The notes below the pieces were generated by a model, which saw only the letters and a list, made by a program, of their open reading frames with translations, ran no database searches and was not told the origin of the DNA. A program made the translations under genes and the position numbers. DNA of 64,000 nucleotides, taken from the NCBI GenBank assembly GCA_009103225.1, contig RHPI01001559.1, forward strand, positions 293,921-357,920. Reading direction: 5' to 3'. Within the stretch, counting starts at the first letter, position 1. Each line of letters opens with the position of its first letter. Source of the DNA: Chlorokybus atmophyticus (taxonomy: Eukaryota; Plantae; Mesostigma and Chlorokybus algae). This document shows positions 1-14,121 of this stretch, piece after piece.

Positions 1-1030
1 CCTCCCTCTCCCACCTCAGGTATTTGAATACGCACTGCTGCCAGTATCGTTCCATCCAGTCCCAGTTCTCCACGATCCCGTGACGGACGGGGTAACCCAC
101 CTGCCCCGTCCCCGTCCCCGACAGCAACGCCTCGTCACCGATGGCGAAACCCAAGTCGTCCAACGCGCCGTGGCTGCCGCCGCCGTGGCTGCCGATGCTC
201 GAGGAGGGGCTGCCACTACGACCACCCTGCGTGTGGAGGCGAGCGGTTGGGTGGGTGGGTGGATGGATGGGTGAGTGAGTGGGGGTGGGGTGGGTGAGGG
301 AGTCTGGTTGGGATGGGTTGTGCGTTGGGGCTTACGGATGTTGGGGTGGAGGGCTGGTTGTTGTTGGTGGTGGTGATGGCGGTGGGGGGGGCGAGCTGCA
401 GTTGCGACTGTGGTTGTTGTTGGCTTCAGTCGCTTAGATGTACGTCCAACTGGTGGTGGACGTGCACACACAACGCCGAGTTCTTAACAAGCGGAAGTGC
501 ATTCGCTGCTGTGCGTATGCCTGACCCTCAATCGGACATGCAGCAAATGGCGCTGGAGGGAGGCCATTGATTACCCACGGAGAGTTGATGTTGTGCTATT
601 GTTCCTGTAAGGCTGCTTTCAGGAACAGTTTGAGTAATGTGCTTGCAAGCTATGTGAGCGGAGGGAGCCCCTCACCTTGTCGACTCAGCCACCACATCTG
701 CACGATGAACTGTGTGTGCTCACACGGCAATGTTGATACTACTGCATGCAACTTACAGACTCCAGGTCACCTGGAGTACAACATGTGACATGTTGTACAT
801 ATCACAATTGGTATATCATGGTTGTTGACTGTTATGGATATGGCATATTCAAGTATACCTTGCTTCCAGCTATCAAGCGCCGCAACTTTTAAGGGCATGT
901 GCATCAGCGTTGGCCAGTTGTAGCAGTGTAACAACAACCAGGTTACACAACAAAGTCTTCAACGTAGTTAAGTTGGAGCTAACAATATCAGAGGCGGCTT
1001 ACAGCAGCAGGAGCTCAACTATGATGACCT

Positions 1031-2013
1031 CTACACGCAGCGAGGCAGGGTACATCCGTCGACAAAATTGTTCTGACGGTGAAACGTGTTGTAGACTTCT
1101 TGCGCTGCAAATTGCCGCAGTGGCGACAAAGCAAGTTAGGTGTGTTGGATGAACTCAGAAAGAGAGAGAGGAAGAGGGAGAGAGAGAGACTCCTCACCCT
1201 CTGTCGAGGACACGCCACGGTACAGAGCGTGTCGGAACTTAAGCTTGACAGCACCAGGGCACTGCGCGTACGGCAGCGTCAAAGCGTTGAGCAACGCCGC
1301 CACAGCCTCGCTTCCAAACGCATCCACCTAAAACCCAACCAACCCACCTCAGTCAGTATCACATTCCAGACCACAACACTCACTCATCCAACCTGATTGT
1401 TACGTCGGCGCAAGGTCTCCGCCACGGTGCGGTTCCCGTAGAACCGCCTGATGACGGCCGCGTCCTGCGCGGCACGGCTGGCGAACGCCGACCACAGCGG
1501 CGTGGAGGGCTTGATGCCAGCTGTTATAGGGTAGTTGCATCTGCTGTAGCTGGGCGATGTCCATTGGGTTGTGGCGCAGCCACGCCGGCCTACGGCTCGA
1601 CCACCCGGGGGATACTCCTCTCTGTTGTTGTAACAGCAGACAACAGTACCTCTGTTAGATGATGGTGGTGATGCGCGCGGCTACGGATATATACCCTGTA
1701 CGTACGTGCTGCATGCTTGCTTGTACTCCACGACAGTGAGAGCGACGGTGTTGGAGTCGCTGACGCCGTTCTGCGTGATGGTGATGGTGATGGTCTTGAC
1801 GCCCGTGGTGCTGTACCGACAGATCCCGTTTGCCTCACCCTGCATATATAACAGTTGTTGACTGCAAGCACTCTTGGATAGGTTGTACCAGCAGGCAAGC
1901 ATATGTACACTTGGACTGCTGTGCGCGTGCGCATGCTCACAGTGTGTCCACATGCACACATGCGCTGTGTTTCGGTGGGCACCAACACGCACGAGATACA
2001 CATGCGCGCGTGT

Positions 2014-2093
<80 letters not shown>

Positions 2094-2094
2094 N

Positions 2095-2158
<64 letters not shown>

Positions 2159-4037
2159 TCTCACACGCGCACCGCAATGGAGTCTGCACCGCAGTCGATG
2201 GTTGTGTTGAAGTCGTTGCAGCTAATGACGTCTCCATCCACACTAATGAGTACAATCTCACCAACATGCGGGTTAGCATTTCCCGTTGCCGGGTCCACGC
2301 GTACGGACACAATGCTTGGCGACGAGCCAATAAGGGTGAGAGTCGTGTTGAGCAACAGCGCAGGGCCGGGACACGAGGGTGACCTGACCCGTGCTCTAAT
2401 CGAGTGCACGCCTGGGGTGAGACGTAGTGTGGCCGTGCTGATGACGGGCGAGGTGGTACCCAACGCGTCGTCGAAGAGGCCGTCGTTGTTGAAGTCCCAA
2501 TCCATCACGCGCGGATTGCCGCACCTGTCCACGGAGCCCGTGTCGGCGTAGAGCCTCTGAAGCTGGCACACGTTGGTGTCGAGCGGTTTATCGATGCTGC
2601 GAATGACACACAAACACTTTATTACTAAAGGCGTGGCGGCGTTGACACATTAGGGATCCATGTCAGCTGCACGTTGATGGGTTGCATGCATGCGTCGTTG
2701 TGTGTTACACACCACTCACTAGGCAAACGTGCCAATGGTGGCGTTGCTGCTTTGGTCAAGTCCAAACCACCACTTGCCCGGCTGCCAAAAATGAGGCCAA
2801 ACGAGATGCGCGTGAGATGACATGGACCCCTGGAAGACACAACAGTGCATGCTTTACTCAGTCACCTGGCCAATGTTGGAGAGCTTGTCAAATGCGGCGG
2901 TGGAGAAGGAGGTTGGCAGCCGAAACGAGCGCACGCCATCACCAAGGTTGAATCCCGCTTGGACTGGACACATTACAGGTGACACAATGTTGTAATGCAG
3001 CCACGCCTTTTGTCCACACATTTCAAGCAGTAATAGCCTTGCAACATGCGCACAAGCATTGCATGGTGGACATGATGCGTGCGTGCATATGTATACCACT
3101 TGATATGCAAGTAAACTGAAGCTGCTCACCGAAGGGGCCCCCAAATGTCAGCTCGGGGTAGAGCAGGCCCACAAAGACCGTGCGCGTGTCGAAGGCTATC
3201 ACCGCTTGGAAGGTGTTGACAAAAGGCGCGGAAGCATCACAACACGCTGTCACCTATTCACAAACGTAAAAACCGAAACCTGTAGCAGCAAACTCCACAG
3301 CATACGCACATGTGCACGCGTACGCGTGCGCATGCACACACACGAACGTGCACATGCACACACACGAACGTGCGCATTCTCACATTGATCCACGTCACAA
3401 TGAGCGCCGCCTCAGCCGTGAAACCGGCTGCTTCTGTCGGGAATGCGTCTCGAACATCTCTGTTAATACCATCAAGTAGGTCATCACCATCCTCAACCAC
3501 ACGGTATGCCATGCCAGTGCAACGGTTCCCGTCACAGTCAGCAATAAGATCTGTCCAGAACGCGGCCACCATGCTGTAGGCGGTCCCGACAGCGGGGAAC
3601 ACATGGCCGTTAGAGTAGAAGTCAGTGGTGGGGTTGCGAAAGTGCACGGCGCCGTTAAGGTTGATGTAAGCCCCACTAAGGCCGGAGGTGCCCAGCACGG
3701 GAACGGGGTAAGGCAGAGGGATGAGACCAGAAGAGATGTCATCGCCCCTGCATGCAAGAGAGCTGTGTGAGCGGCTAGTACTACAGCATGCTGCTGGCAT
3801 TGCAGGTAGCACAGCTTGCTTCACACAAAACGCTGATTGGAATTGCACTACACAAGTTACTGTGCGTGTGTGGTTTCATTGGAAGCGAGCGTACCCGCGT
3901 ATGACAGTGTCGCCGTTGTCAGCGCCGAACGGGTACAAGTCGTCAATGGTCAGGGCACCCACGGGTAGGCAGGTGTGCCCAATCAGCAGCACCAGCAGCG
4001 GCAGCACCTGGGCGAGTTTCTCTCTTCCAGAAGCCAT
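1031..4037 (-). CDS. Secreted NIDO-domain (nidogen/tectorin-like) protein with PKD-like repeats, multi-exon
   Basis: Manual splicing gives MASGREKLAQVLPLLVLLIGHTCLPVGA (signal-like), then LTIDDLYPFGADNGD, YINLNGAVHF, MVAAFWTDL, ALIVTWINV, NTFQAVIAFD, VQAGFNLGDG and SNIGQ|PGKWWFGLD, all NIDO hallmark motifs. These are followed by DWDFNNDGLFDDALG and YSTTGVKTITITITQNGVS (PKD-like). ATG at 4037, TAG at 1031-1033. The C-terminal exons are less certain. Confidence 0.85.
2018..2156. repeat. (GA)n microsatellite in an intron of the NIDO gene
   Basis: Pure AG dinucleotide run containing one N. Confidence 0.98.
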
Positions 4038-5151
4038 CTCTTGTGCACTGCCAAAGAATTGAGAGACACATGCTCACGCTCTTCCAGTGGAAACAGTGGG
4101 AAGCAGTGGAAGCACTGAAAGCACTTGAAACACCAACAACGAACACAGCGGAAGCTTACTCGCTGCCGCACCAATGCATGCACACAGAGCGCTGCACGTA
4201 CCGTCGACGATGGTTGCCGCTGTCAGAACAGGAGGCAGCCTGAAGTGTGCAACTACCGCAGCTGTCCCATCAAACGCAGCTGCCCACAATAAATACATCC
4301 ACGGGGCAAAGCGTTAACATGGTGTATGCTAAAAACTCCTGTCAGCAGCTCAGCAGGAGAGGCCATGGACACAAATGTGTTGTGTATATCTCCTACCAGG
4401 TGTGTGTCTCGTGTAGCTGGTAGACCTATCATTAGCCTGCTCTTCTAATTGGCTCAGCCGCTAGGTACTGAAGCGGCCTTTCGGCACTGCATGCTGCATG
4501 CATTGCCGAAAAGCCGCACATTGTCCTCCTCTAATGCATTGATGGGCAGCAAGTTGCACCATGCCTCCCACCGGCGCCGAGTAAAGCAGCACGGCAACAA
4601 GCTTTGCGCATGCACAGATCCCAGATCGGGGTGGCTAGCACACACACAGCCAAAAGTAGTTTTGTGTTTTTAGCATACACCATGTTAACACAAAACTAGC
4701 GCATGCGCCGCGCTTGTGACCGTGCCATGCACGGCGTGCTCCCACCAAATGAAGCGCGCTTGTTTGCCTCCTGTAAGCTCAAGCTGGTGTCATGACGCGT
4801 GACCGTCAATCGCCACATGCGGAGGTGGACAATCGCGCCAAGCACCATGCATTCGCCAATAGCATGCACGCATAGGGTATAAGTCATAGCAGTGATGCGT
4901 AGCACATGTGCATGTTATGCAAACAGCAAGCAAGAAACACAGGGCAAACAGGAGCCGGTAGGCAGCAACTTTGTTACACCCATTGCCTTCACAACTTAGC
5001 TATGCTCCCCAATAACAATTATGTTCGAGAGCGTTGACGAGTTGATAATGCCAAACAAAGTATTGGTCACTATGGTATGCCCAAACGGCATTTGTTGACA
5101 CAGCCACATTATCGTATTAGCTCGAACAAAAGTGTCCCCCCCCTCCCCCCC

Positions 5152-5430
5152 NNNNNNNNNNNNNNNNNNNNNNNNNNNNNNNNNNNNNNNNNNNNNNNNN
5201 NNNNNNNNNNNNNNNNNNNNNNNNNNNNNNNNNNNNNNNNNNNNNNNNNNNNNNNNNNNNNNNNNNNNNNNNNNNNNNNNNNNNNNNNNNNNNNNNNNNN
5301 NNNNNNNNNNNNNNNNNNNNNNNNNNNNNNNNNNNNNNNNNNNNNNNNNNNNNNNNNNNNNNNNNNNNNNNNNNNNNNNNNNNNNNNNNNNNNNNNNNNN
5401 NNNNNNNNNNNNNNNNNNNNNNNNNNNNNN
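5152..5430. other. Assembly gap (N run)
   Basis: N run, preceded by a C-rich tract. Confidence 1.
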
Positions 5431-7243
5431 ATACAGCATCTTAACCCCCCTCGCAAGAATACGAGTCTCTGGTTGAAAAGGGTGGGGGTTTATGTAAACA
5501 ACTATAAGCCCCCCGTATGTGAATATATGCATACAGATGGATATTATCCACGCATTCGCTATCAAACGTTGCACTTGTGTACAAACGTATATGTGTAAAC
5601 ACATGTATAAGCAGTGTTCATGATCATGCACAATGCATGATGATTCACACGCGCTTTTACATGTTCAATTATATACCGGCAAAGGTCTTTAAATTCAATA
5701 CAACACAATACCGTTATGACATATGTACAGCAGACATGCTTTAAGAGTTGGTGACGAAGTTTACACAGTAGCTATATAATCGTACGAAACGGGATTACAC
5801 TTAATGTAGCTTATAAGTTGGAAACTTTACGAGTTGCTCACACACTGTGTGATTTCAAGACACATATCATGCACGAGCAAAATAACGTCGAAAGTTTTAT
5901 TGACATTCACCATATATAGTCATCAGTTGTTTATATCATGAGCAGCGTTGTATGTGCGCTTGATAGCGAGCATTTTTGCATTAAGAGTGTGATGAAAGCC
6001 AATCCGATTGATGACTACACAACATTGCACTATATCATATCAAATCCCATAGTAATTCATAATACTTGCACCTTCAGCTTCACATGCACGTGACACACAT
6101 TGTAATTAAATCATATATTACTTATCATGAATATCTTTGTGCGTACGTGATGGCTCAAGATCCATCTGAAGCTACCTTAAAACAACCACCAATTTATGTC
6201 ACAAGCTTCGTATTGTAAAGCATTCATATTTATTGACATTATGCAATTAAGGGCTTGCGCTTCGGAAGCCCTGTGAGTGGCATGAATGTTCTTGGTTATA
6301 AAAGCATGTAATGAAACGCGTGTTTATGCATGCTAGGTATGCTTGCAATGTTGTCTTCTAAAGCACAAGTGGTTTTACATTATCGTTACCAGTTATGGTT
6401 GCTGCTGAACAAATTACATACAGTCGACCCGCGTGCATGCTTCCGTCGTGAAAACCGTAAAAAGGCTGTCTATCCCAAGTTGGAAGGTAGAAGCATGTAC
6501 GCTAGCAAGCAATGGAGGCTCCCCGGCTAGCGCTGATCCAAGCCATATGAATACGTTGCTTGGATTGGTGTTTGCATGCGCACGTTACACGCTCTTAAGA
6601 GACTTATATACACTGGCACATATGTATGCATGTGTTTGCTTCATACTTATTGCAGACTTCCACAATAGGTCGATCACGTGACATGTGGGTTGTCATGCTT
6701 CACATGTGCCGGCAATTCACATGAGCAAAGCGGCGCCAAGTTTTCAACATACAAGGTTTATGCATTGTCGTATAAAAGCGTATAGAAAACTTACAGCAAC
6801 CTAGACGCAAACGTTACACATTGAAGAGAGACTTGCCAGCCACAGCGCCGCGCTGTGGCTACATTGAATATATCCCCGGATAGGCAGGCAATTGCATACT
6901 TGGCAAAAAACACAAACAAATACCCACACTTGATAGTTGCTAACGTGTGGCGCTCGTGTTTGCCGCAATGTTGCTGCAACAAATGCACGCTGCAGTACCT
7001 CTGCCAGTGCTTGCTGCTGCGTACTCGCCTCTTCCCTTGCTTGGTTGTGCTACTAGCTCAACTGGGTTTTGCTACAGGGGCTGGCTCCTATGCAATGTCT
7101 CTGCTTATGCAGATATTTAGTAGACTATGCATGGAATATGTGTGCGCCATGCAGCACCAGGAGGTAGGGTAGATAAGCAGGATCAATGCACACGAGCAAC
7201 ACACTCATATGTTATAACGAAAGCGCGGGCAAGGGTCCAGGGC

Positions 7244-10200
7244 ACGTCCATTCCTAATGCAACCAACCAACCATAACAACTACCAACACGCGTTACACTA
7301 GCGGGAAGGCAGCATTGTTGAGGAGACATACCTGGACACTCTATACCTCAGCATCAGTAACTCATCTCAAGTGGCGCTGATGTCAGCACAATATGGCAGC
7401 GCAGGAGTTCAACACTCTATCACCGGGAATGTGTGTTTCCATATACGCCGCCGACGTCCATTCCTAATGCAACCAACCAACCATAACAACTACCAACACG
7501 CGTTACACTAGCGGGAAGGCAGCATTGTTGAGGAGACATACCTGGACACTCTATACCTCAGCATCAGTAACTCATCTCAAGTGGCGCTGATGTCAGCACA
7601 ATATGGCAGCGCAGGAGTTCAACACTCTATCACAGGGAATGTGTGTTTCCATATACGCCGCCGACGTCCATTCCTAATGCAACCAACCAACCATAACAAC
7701 TACCAACACGCGTTACACTAGCGGGAAGGCAGCATTGTTGAGGAGACATACCTGGACACTCTATACCTCAGCATCAGTAACTCATCTCAAGTGGCGCTGA
7801 TGTCAGCACAATATGGCAGCGCAGGAGTTCAACACTCTATCACAGGGAATGTGTGTTTCCATATACGCCGCCGACGTCCATTCCTAATGCAACCAACCAA
7901 CCATAACAACTACCAACACGCGTTACACTAGCGGGAAGGCAGCATTGTTGAGGAGACATACCTGGACACTCTATACCTCAGCATCAGTAACTCATCTCAA
8001 GTGGCGCTGATGTCAGCACAATATGGCAGCGCAGGAGTTCAACACTCTATCACAGGGAATGTGTGTTTCCATATACGCCGCCGTGTTGGACAATTTAACA
8101 TCGGCTGCGATGGGCGACATATTCTGGATGAGCTGGCGCAGATTTCACCAAGGAACTAGGCCATGCCGCAGCGCAACAAGTGTAAACGAGGGTGGGAAGC
8201 TTTCAGCGGGGTCTGTCGGTACTTACTGTAGTTTCGTGCACCATACAACACTTGCAATCCAGGCGCGCAATGGTCTCTCTCAAGAGTCATATTGCATAGC
8301 CAATTTAGGCGGAGGGGGNGGAAGGCAGCATTGTTGAGGAGACATACCTGGACACTCTATACCTCAGCATCAGTAACTCATCTCAAGTGGCGCTGATGTC
8401 AGCACAATATGGCAGCGCAGGAGTTCAACACTCTATCACCGGGAATGTGTGTTTCCATATACGCCGCCGACGTCCATTCCTAATGCAACCAACCAACCAT
8501 AACAACTACCAACACGCGTTACACTAGCGGGAAGGCAGCATTGTTGAGGAGACATACCTGGACACTCTATACCTCAGCATCAGTAACTCATCTCAAGTGG
8601 CGCTGATGTCAGCACAATATGGCAGCGCAGGAGTTCAACACTCTATCACCGGGAATGTGTGTTTCCATATACGCCGCCGACGTCCATTCCTAATGCAACC
8701 AACCAACCATAACAACTACCAACACGCGTTACACTAGCGGGAAGGCAGCATTGTTGAGGAGACATACCTGGACACTCTATACCTCAGCATCAGTAACTCA
8801 TCTCAAGTGGCGCTGATGTCAGCACAATATGGCAGCGCAGGAGTTCAACACTCTATCACCGGGAATGTGTGTTTCCATATACGCCGCCGACGTCCATTCC
8901 TAATGCAACCAACCAACCATAACAACTACCAACACGCGTTACACTAGCGGGAAGGCAGCATTGTTGAGGAGACATACCTGGACACTCTATACCTCAGCAT
9001 CAGTAACTCATCTCAAGTGGCGCTGATGTCAGCACAATATGGCAGCGCAGGAGTTCAACACTCTATCACCGGGAATGTGTGTTTCCATATACGCCGCCGA
9101 CGTCCATTCCTAATGCAACCAACCAACCATAACAACTACCAACACGCGTTACACTAGCGGGAAGGCAGCATTGTTGAGGAGACATACCTGGACACTCTAT
9201 ACCTCAGCATCAGTAACTCATCTCAAGTGGCGCTGATGTCAGCACAATATGGCAGCGCAGGAGTTCAACACTCTATCACCGGGAATGTGTGTTTCCATAT
9301 ACGCCGCCGACGTCCATTCCTAATGCAACCAACCAACCATAACAACTACCAACACGCGTTACACTAGCGGGAAGGCAGCATTGTTGAGGAGACATACCTG
9401 GACACTCTATACCTCAGCATCAGTAACTCATCTCAAGTGGCGCTGATGTCAGCACAATATGGCAGCGCAGGAGTTCAACACTCTATCACCGGGAATGTGT
9501 GTTTCCATATACGCCGCCGACGTCCATTCCTAATGCAACCAACCAACCATAACAACTACCAACACGCGTTACACTAGCGGGAAGGCAGCATTGTTGAGGA
9601 GACATACCTGGACACTCTATACCTCAGCATCAGTAACTCATCTCAAGTGGCGCTGATGTCAGCACAATATGGCAGCGCAGGAGTTCAACACTCTATCACC
9701 GGGAATGTGTGTTTCCATATACGCCGCCGACGTCCATTCCTAATGCAACCAACCAACCATAACAACTACCAACACGCGTTACACTAGCGGGAAGGCAGCA
9801 TTGTTGAGGAGACATACCTGGACACTCTATACCTCAGCATCAGTAACTCATCTCAAGTGGCGCTGATGTCAGCACAATATGGCAGCGCAGGAGTTCAACA
9901 CTCTATCACCGGGAATGTGTGTTTCCATATACGCCGCCGACGTCCATTCCTAATGCAACCAACCAACCATAACAACTACCAACACGCGTTACACTAGCGG
10001 GAAGGCAGCATTGTTGAGGAGACATACCTGGACACTCTATACCTCAGCATCAGTAACTCATCTCAAGTGGCGCTGATGTCAGCACAATATGGCAGCGCAG
10101 GAGTTCAACACTCTATCACCGGGAATGTGTGTTTCCATATACGCCGCCGACGTCCATTCCTAATGCAACCAACCAACCATAACAACTACCAACACGCGTT

Positions 10201-12459
10201 ACACTAGCGGGAAGGCAGCATTGTTGAGGAGACATACCTGGACACTCTATACCTCAGCATCAGTAACTCATCTCAAGTGGCGCTGATGTCAGCACAATAT
10301 GGCAGCGCAGGAGTTCAACACTCTATCACCGGGAATGTGTGTTTCCATATACGCCGCCGACGTCCATTCCTAATGCAACCAACCAACCATAACAACTACC
10401 AACACGCGTTACACTAGCGGGAAGGCAGCATTGTTGAGGAGACATACCTGGACACTCTATACCTCAGCATCAGTAACTCATCTCAAGTGGCGCTGATGTC
10501 AGCACAATATGGCAGCGCAGGAGTTCAACACTCTATCACCGGGAATGTGTGTTTCCATATACGCCGCCGACGTCCATTCCTAATGCAACCAACCAACCAT
10601 AACAACTACCAACACGCGTTACACTAGCGGGAAGGCAGCATTGTTGAGGAGACATACCTGGACACTCTATACCTCAGCATCAGTAACTCATCTCAAGTGG
10701 CGCTGATGTCAGCACAATATGGCAGCGCAGGAGTTCAACACTCTATCACCGGGAATGTGTGTTTCCATATACGCCGCCGACGTCCATTCCTAATGCAACC
10801 AACCAACCATAACAACTACCAACACGCGTTACACTAGCGGGAAGGCAGCATTGTTGAGGAGACATACCTGGACACTCTATACCTCAGCATCAGTAACTCA
10901 TCTCAAGTGGCGCTGATGTCAGCACAATATGGCAGCGCAGGAGTTCAACACTCTATCACCGGGAATGTGTGTTTCCATATACGCCGCCGACGTCCATTCC
11001 TAATGCAACCAACCAACCATAACAACTACCAACACGCGTTACACTAGCGGGAAGGCAGCATTGTTGAGGAGACATACCTGGACACTCTATACCTCAGCAT
11101 CAGTAACTCATCTCAAGTGGCGCTGATGTCAGCACAATATGGCAGCGCAGGAGTTCAACACTCTATCACCGGGAATGTGTGTTTCCATATACGCCGCCGA
11201 CGTCCATTCCTAATGCAACCAACCAACCATAACAACTACCAACACGCGTTACACTAGCGGGAAGGCAGCATTGTTGAGGAGACATACCTGGACACTCTAT
11301 ACCTCAGCATCAGTAACTCATCTCAAGTGGCGCTGATGTCAGCACAATATGGCAGCGCAGGAGTTCAACACTCTATCACCGGGAATGTGTGTTTCCATAT
11401 ACGCCGCCGACGTCCATTCCTAATGCAACCAACCAACCATAACAACTACCAACACGCGTTACACTAGCGGGAAGGCAGCATTGTTGAGGAGACATACCTG
11501 GACACTCTATACCTCAGCATCAGTAACTCATCTCAAGTGGCGCTGATGTCAGCACAATATGGCAGCGCAGGAGTTCAACACTCTATCACCGGGAATGTGT
11601 GTTTCCATATACGCCGCCGACGTCCATTCCTAATGCAACCAACCAACCATAACAACTACCAACACGCGTTACACTAGCGGGAAGGCAGCATTGTTGAGGA
11701 GACATACCTGGACACTCTATACCTCAGCATCAGTAACTCATCTCAAGTGGCGCTGATGTCAGCACAATATGGCAGCGCAGGAGTTCAACACTCTATCACC
11801 GGGAATGTGTGTTTCCATATACGCCGCCGACGTCCATTCCTAATGCAACCAACCAACCATAACAACTACCAACACGCGTTACACTAGCGGGAAGGCAGCA
11901 TTGTTGAGGAGACATACCTGGACACTCTATACCTCAGCATCAGTAACTCATCTCAAGTGGCGCTGATGTCAGCACAATATGGCAGCGCAGGAGTTCAACA
12001 CTCTATCACCGGGAATGTGTGTTTCCATATACGCCGCCGACGTCCATTCCTAATGCAACCAACCAACCATAACAACTACCAACACGCGTTACACTAGCGG
12101 GAAGGCAGCATTGTTGAGGAGACATACCTGGACACTCTATACCTCAGCATCAGTAACTCATCTCAAGTGGCGCTGATGTCAGCACAATATGGCAGCGCAG
12201 GAGTTCAACACTCTATCACCGGGAATGTGTGTTTCCATATACGCCGCCGACGTCCATTCCTAATGCAACCAACCAACCATAACAACTACCAACACGCGTT
12301 ACACTAGCGGGAAGGCAGCATTGTTGAGGAGACATACCTGGACACTCTATACCTCAGCATCAGTAACTCATCTCAAGTGGCGCTGATGTCAGCACAATAT
12401 GGCAGCGCAGGAGTTCAACACTCTATCACAGGGAATGTGTGTTTCCATATACGCCGCCG
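7244..12459. repeat. Tandem array of a 210-bp unit (~24 copies in two blocks)
   Basis: The unit start ACGTCCATTCC recurs at 7244, 7454, 7664 and 7874, then from 8470 to 12250 in exact 210-bp steps (19 units plus a partial unit from 8321). Both blocks end in the same ~230-bp tail (8084-~8315 and 12460-~12690), followed by a G-run containing an N. Confidence 0.97.
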
Positions 12460-12947
12460 TGTTGGACAATTTAACATCGGCTGCGATGGGCGACATATTC
12501 TGGATGAGCTGGCGCAGATTTCACCAAGGAACTAGGCCATGCCGCAGCGCAACAAGTGTAAACGAGGGTGGGAAGCTTTCAGCGGGGTCTGTCGGTACTT
12601 ACTGTAGTTTCGTGCACCATACAACACTTGCAATCCAGGCGCGCAATGGTCTCTCTCAAGAGTCATATTGCATAGCCAATTTAGGCGGAGGGGGGGGGGG
12701 GGGGGGGGNGGGACCATTTCAGCAACCAGATTCCAGAAACACCTTCCTTGCTTAGTGCTTGCAAGGCCAATCCATTATTGAGTCATGTGGTGTAACATAC
12801 ACCACTGATGTCACAACCTCAAGATGTGACCAACGCGCGCGCAACAGGCAGCGCTGTCCGAGCGAGTGCATGCCAGGGGGTGCTACTGTACAAGCGCCTT
12901 AGAATGCCAAATGGTGGCAACAACACTAATAAGGAGGTCTCCTACTG

Positions 12948-14121
12948 TTATGAGGGCACAGCATGCGCGCCACTGCACTGAGTCGAGTGCTGCGACCAGT
13001 GGTGCTCCTGGCAGGTGCGGTTGCAATACGACGCTTGCAAACAGCCAGCACAAAACCACATGTCATCGCTGTCGCGGGACTTCTGGCAGTGGCTGCATTG
13101 AAGACGCCCAGACACAGATGGCAATGGAGCACTGTTGTCCACCTAAACAATCAACAATTACAATGTCAGACAATGTCACTACGACATGCTTTGGGTAGAG
13201 ACACGGGACATCACAGGCCAATAAGCACACAAAGCGCAACACTCACCAGCATGTAGTATTGCGATGAAGCTCGTATCCGTCCCAAAGCAACGGCAGTAAG
13301 CACAATTGCGGCGTGCACAGCAGCTACGTGAAGCCAGGTGAAGCGCAGAAAGGCCGACTTCAGTGCCAAGACAACAGGACTGCACCACACCACAGCATGA
13401 GCACCAGCGCCACAGGCGTTCCACGATGGGCATCACAACAAACTTTTGTAAGGACTGCCAGTTATAACGACAAACAAACCCAATACCTGTTGTTATTGCC
13501 ATCATCATCGTCTCCTCCCCGACCTCCCCGGATACCTCCACAGCCACCATCGCCGATGAGACACTCTGGTTCGTCATCGGAAGCATACTCATCATCGATC
13601 TGCTTGTTGGAGAAAGGTACAATATTGTTGCTGAGCTTGCTGCTCTTGCTGGTGGTCGTAGACTGTGCACCAGCAACTTCAGCGCGCCGGGAAGCTGCAA
13701 CAGGACACGTCAATACACCCTCCAATGCTAAGACTACAAACCCGGACACATAGAAACTAATCACTTACATCCTGTAGTAATGATGATGATGCTACCCAAT
13801 CTGATGTTACACTGTGAACAACAATGCAACAAGTTGCACTGGGCAAATGCATTCACAGCAGTATGTCTCAACTCCGGCAGCATATTGCTAGCCAAAATCT
13901 TTGCTACCCCATGGTGGCAAGTGAGAAAGTCAACAGTACAACTTACATGAAGCGGCGTCAGCGCGCTCGGATGAAAGGATTGCGGCGGGAGCTGCGCGAT
14001 GATGGCGGCGCGCGCGTAGCCGAGGCCGACCCTTGCAGCCTCCGCAACTGCGTCGCTGGCCGGCGACGTGGCGCGCGACCGAGCGCACGGCCGCCGCCTC
14101 TGCCACCTCGACCGCCGACAT
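12948..14121 (-). CDS. MYND zinc-finger protein with a hydrophobic segment, 4 exons
   Basis: CSHC-x9-CAGC-x4-YC-x3-CQ-x3-W-x2-H-x3-C is a canonical zf-MYND. Four exons join in frame through GT-AG introns, from ATG 14121 to TAA 12948. Confidence 0.7.

Noticed and set aside
40-274. GC-rich + strand ORF at the window start
   Set aside because: Possibly an exon of a truncated gene, but there is no recognisable motif or supportable model.
1590-2551. Long ORFs with ERER/SLSL runs (also 43568-43912)
   Set aside because: These are translations of GA/CT microsatellites.
4996-5631. ORFs spanning N runs (also 17701-18910)
   Set aside because: Artefacts of assembly gaps.
8084-8320. Segmental duplication of the array tail (copy at 12460-~12690)
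   Set aside because: Both copies end in a G-run with a single N, so an overlapping contig join is more likely than a biological duplication.
7244-12459. CRISPR array or coding repeat
   Set aside because: The units are identical 210-mers with no unique spacers, and no ORF runs through them despite the length being divisible by 3.
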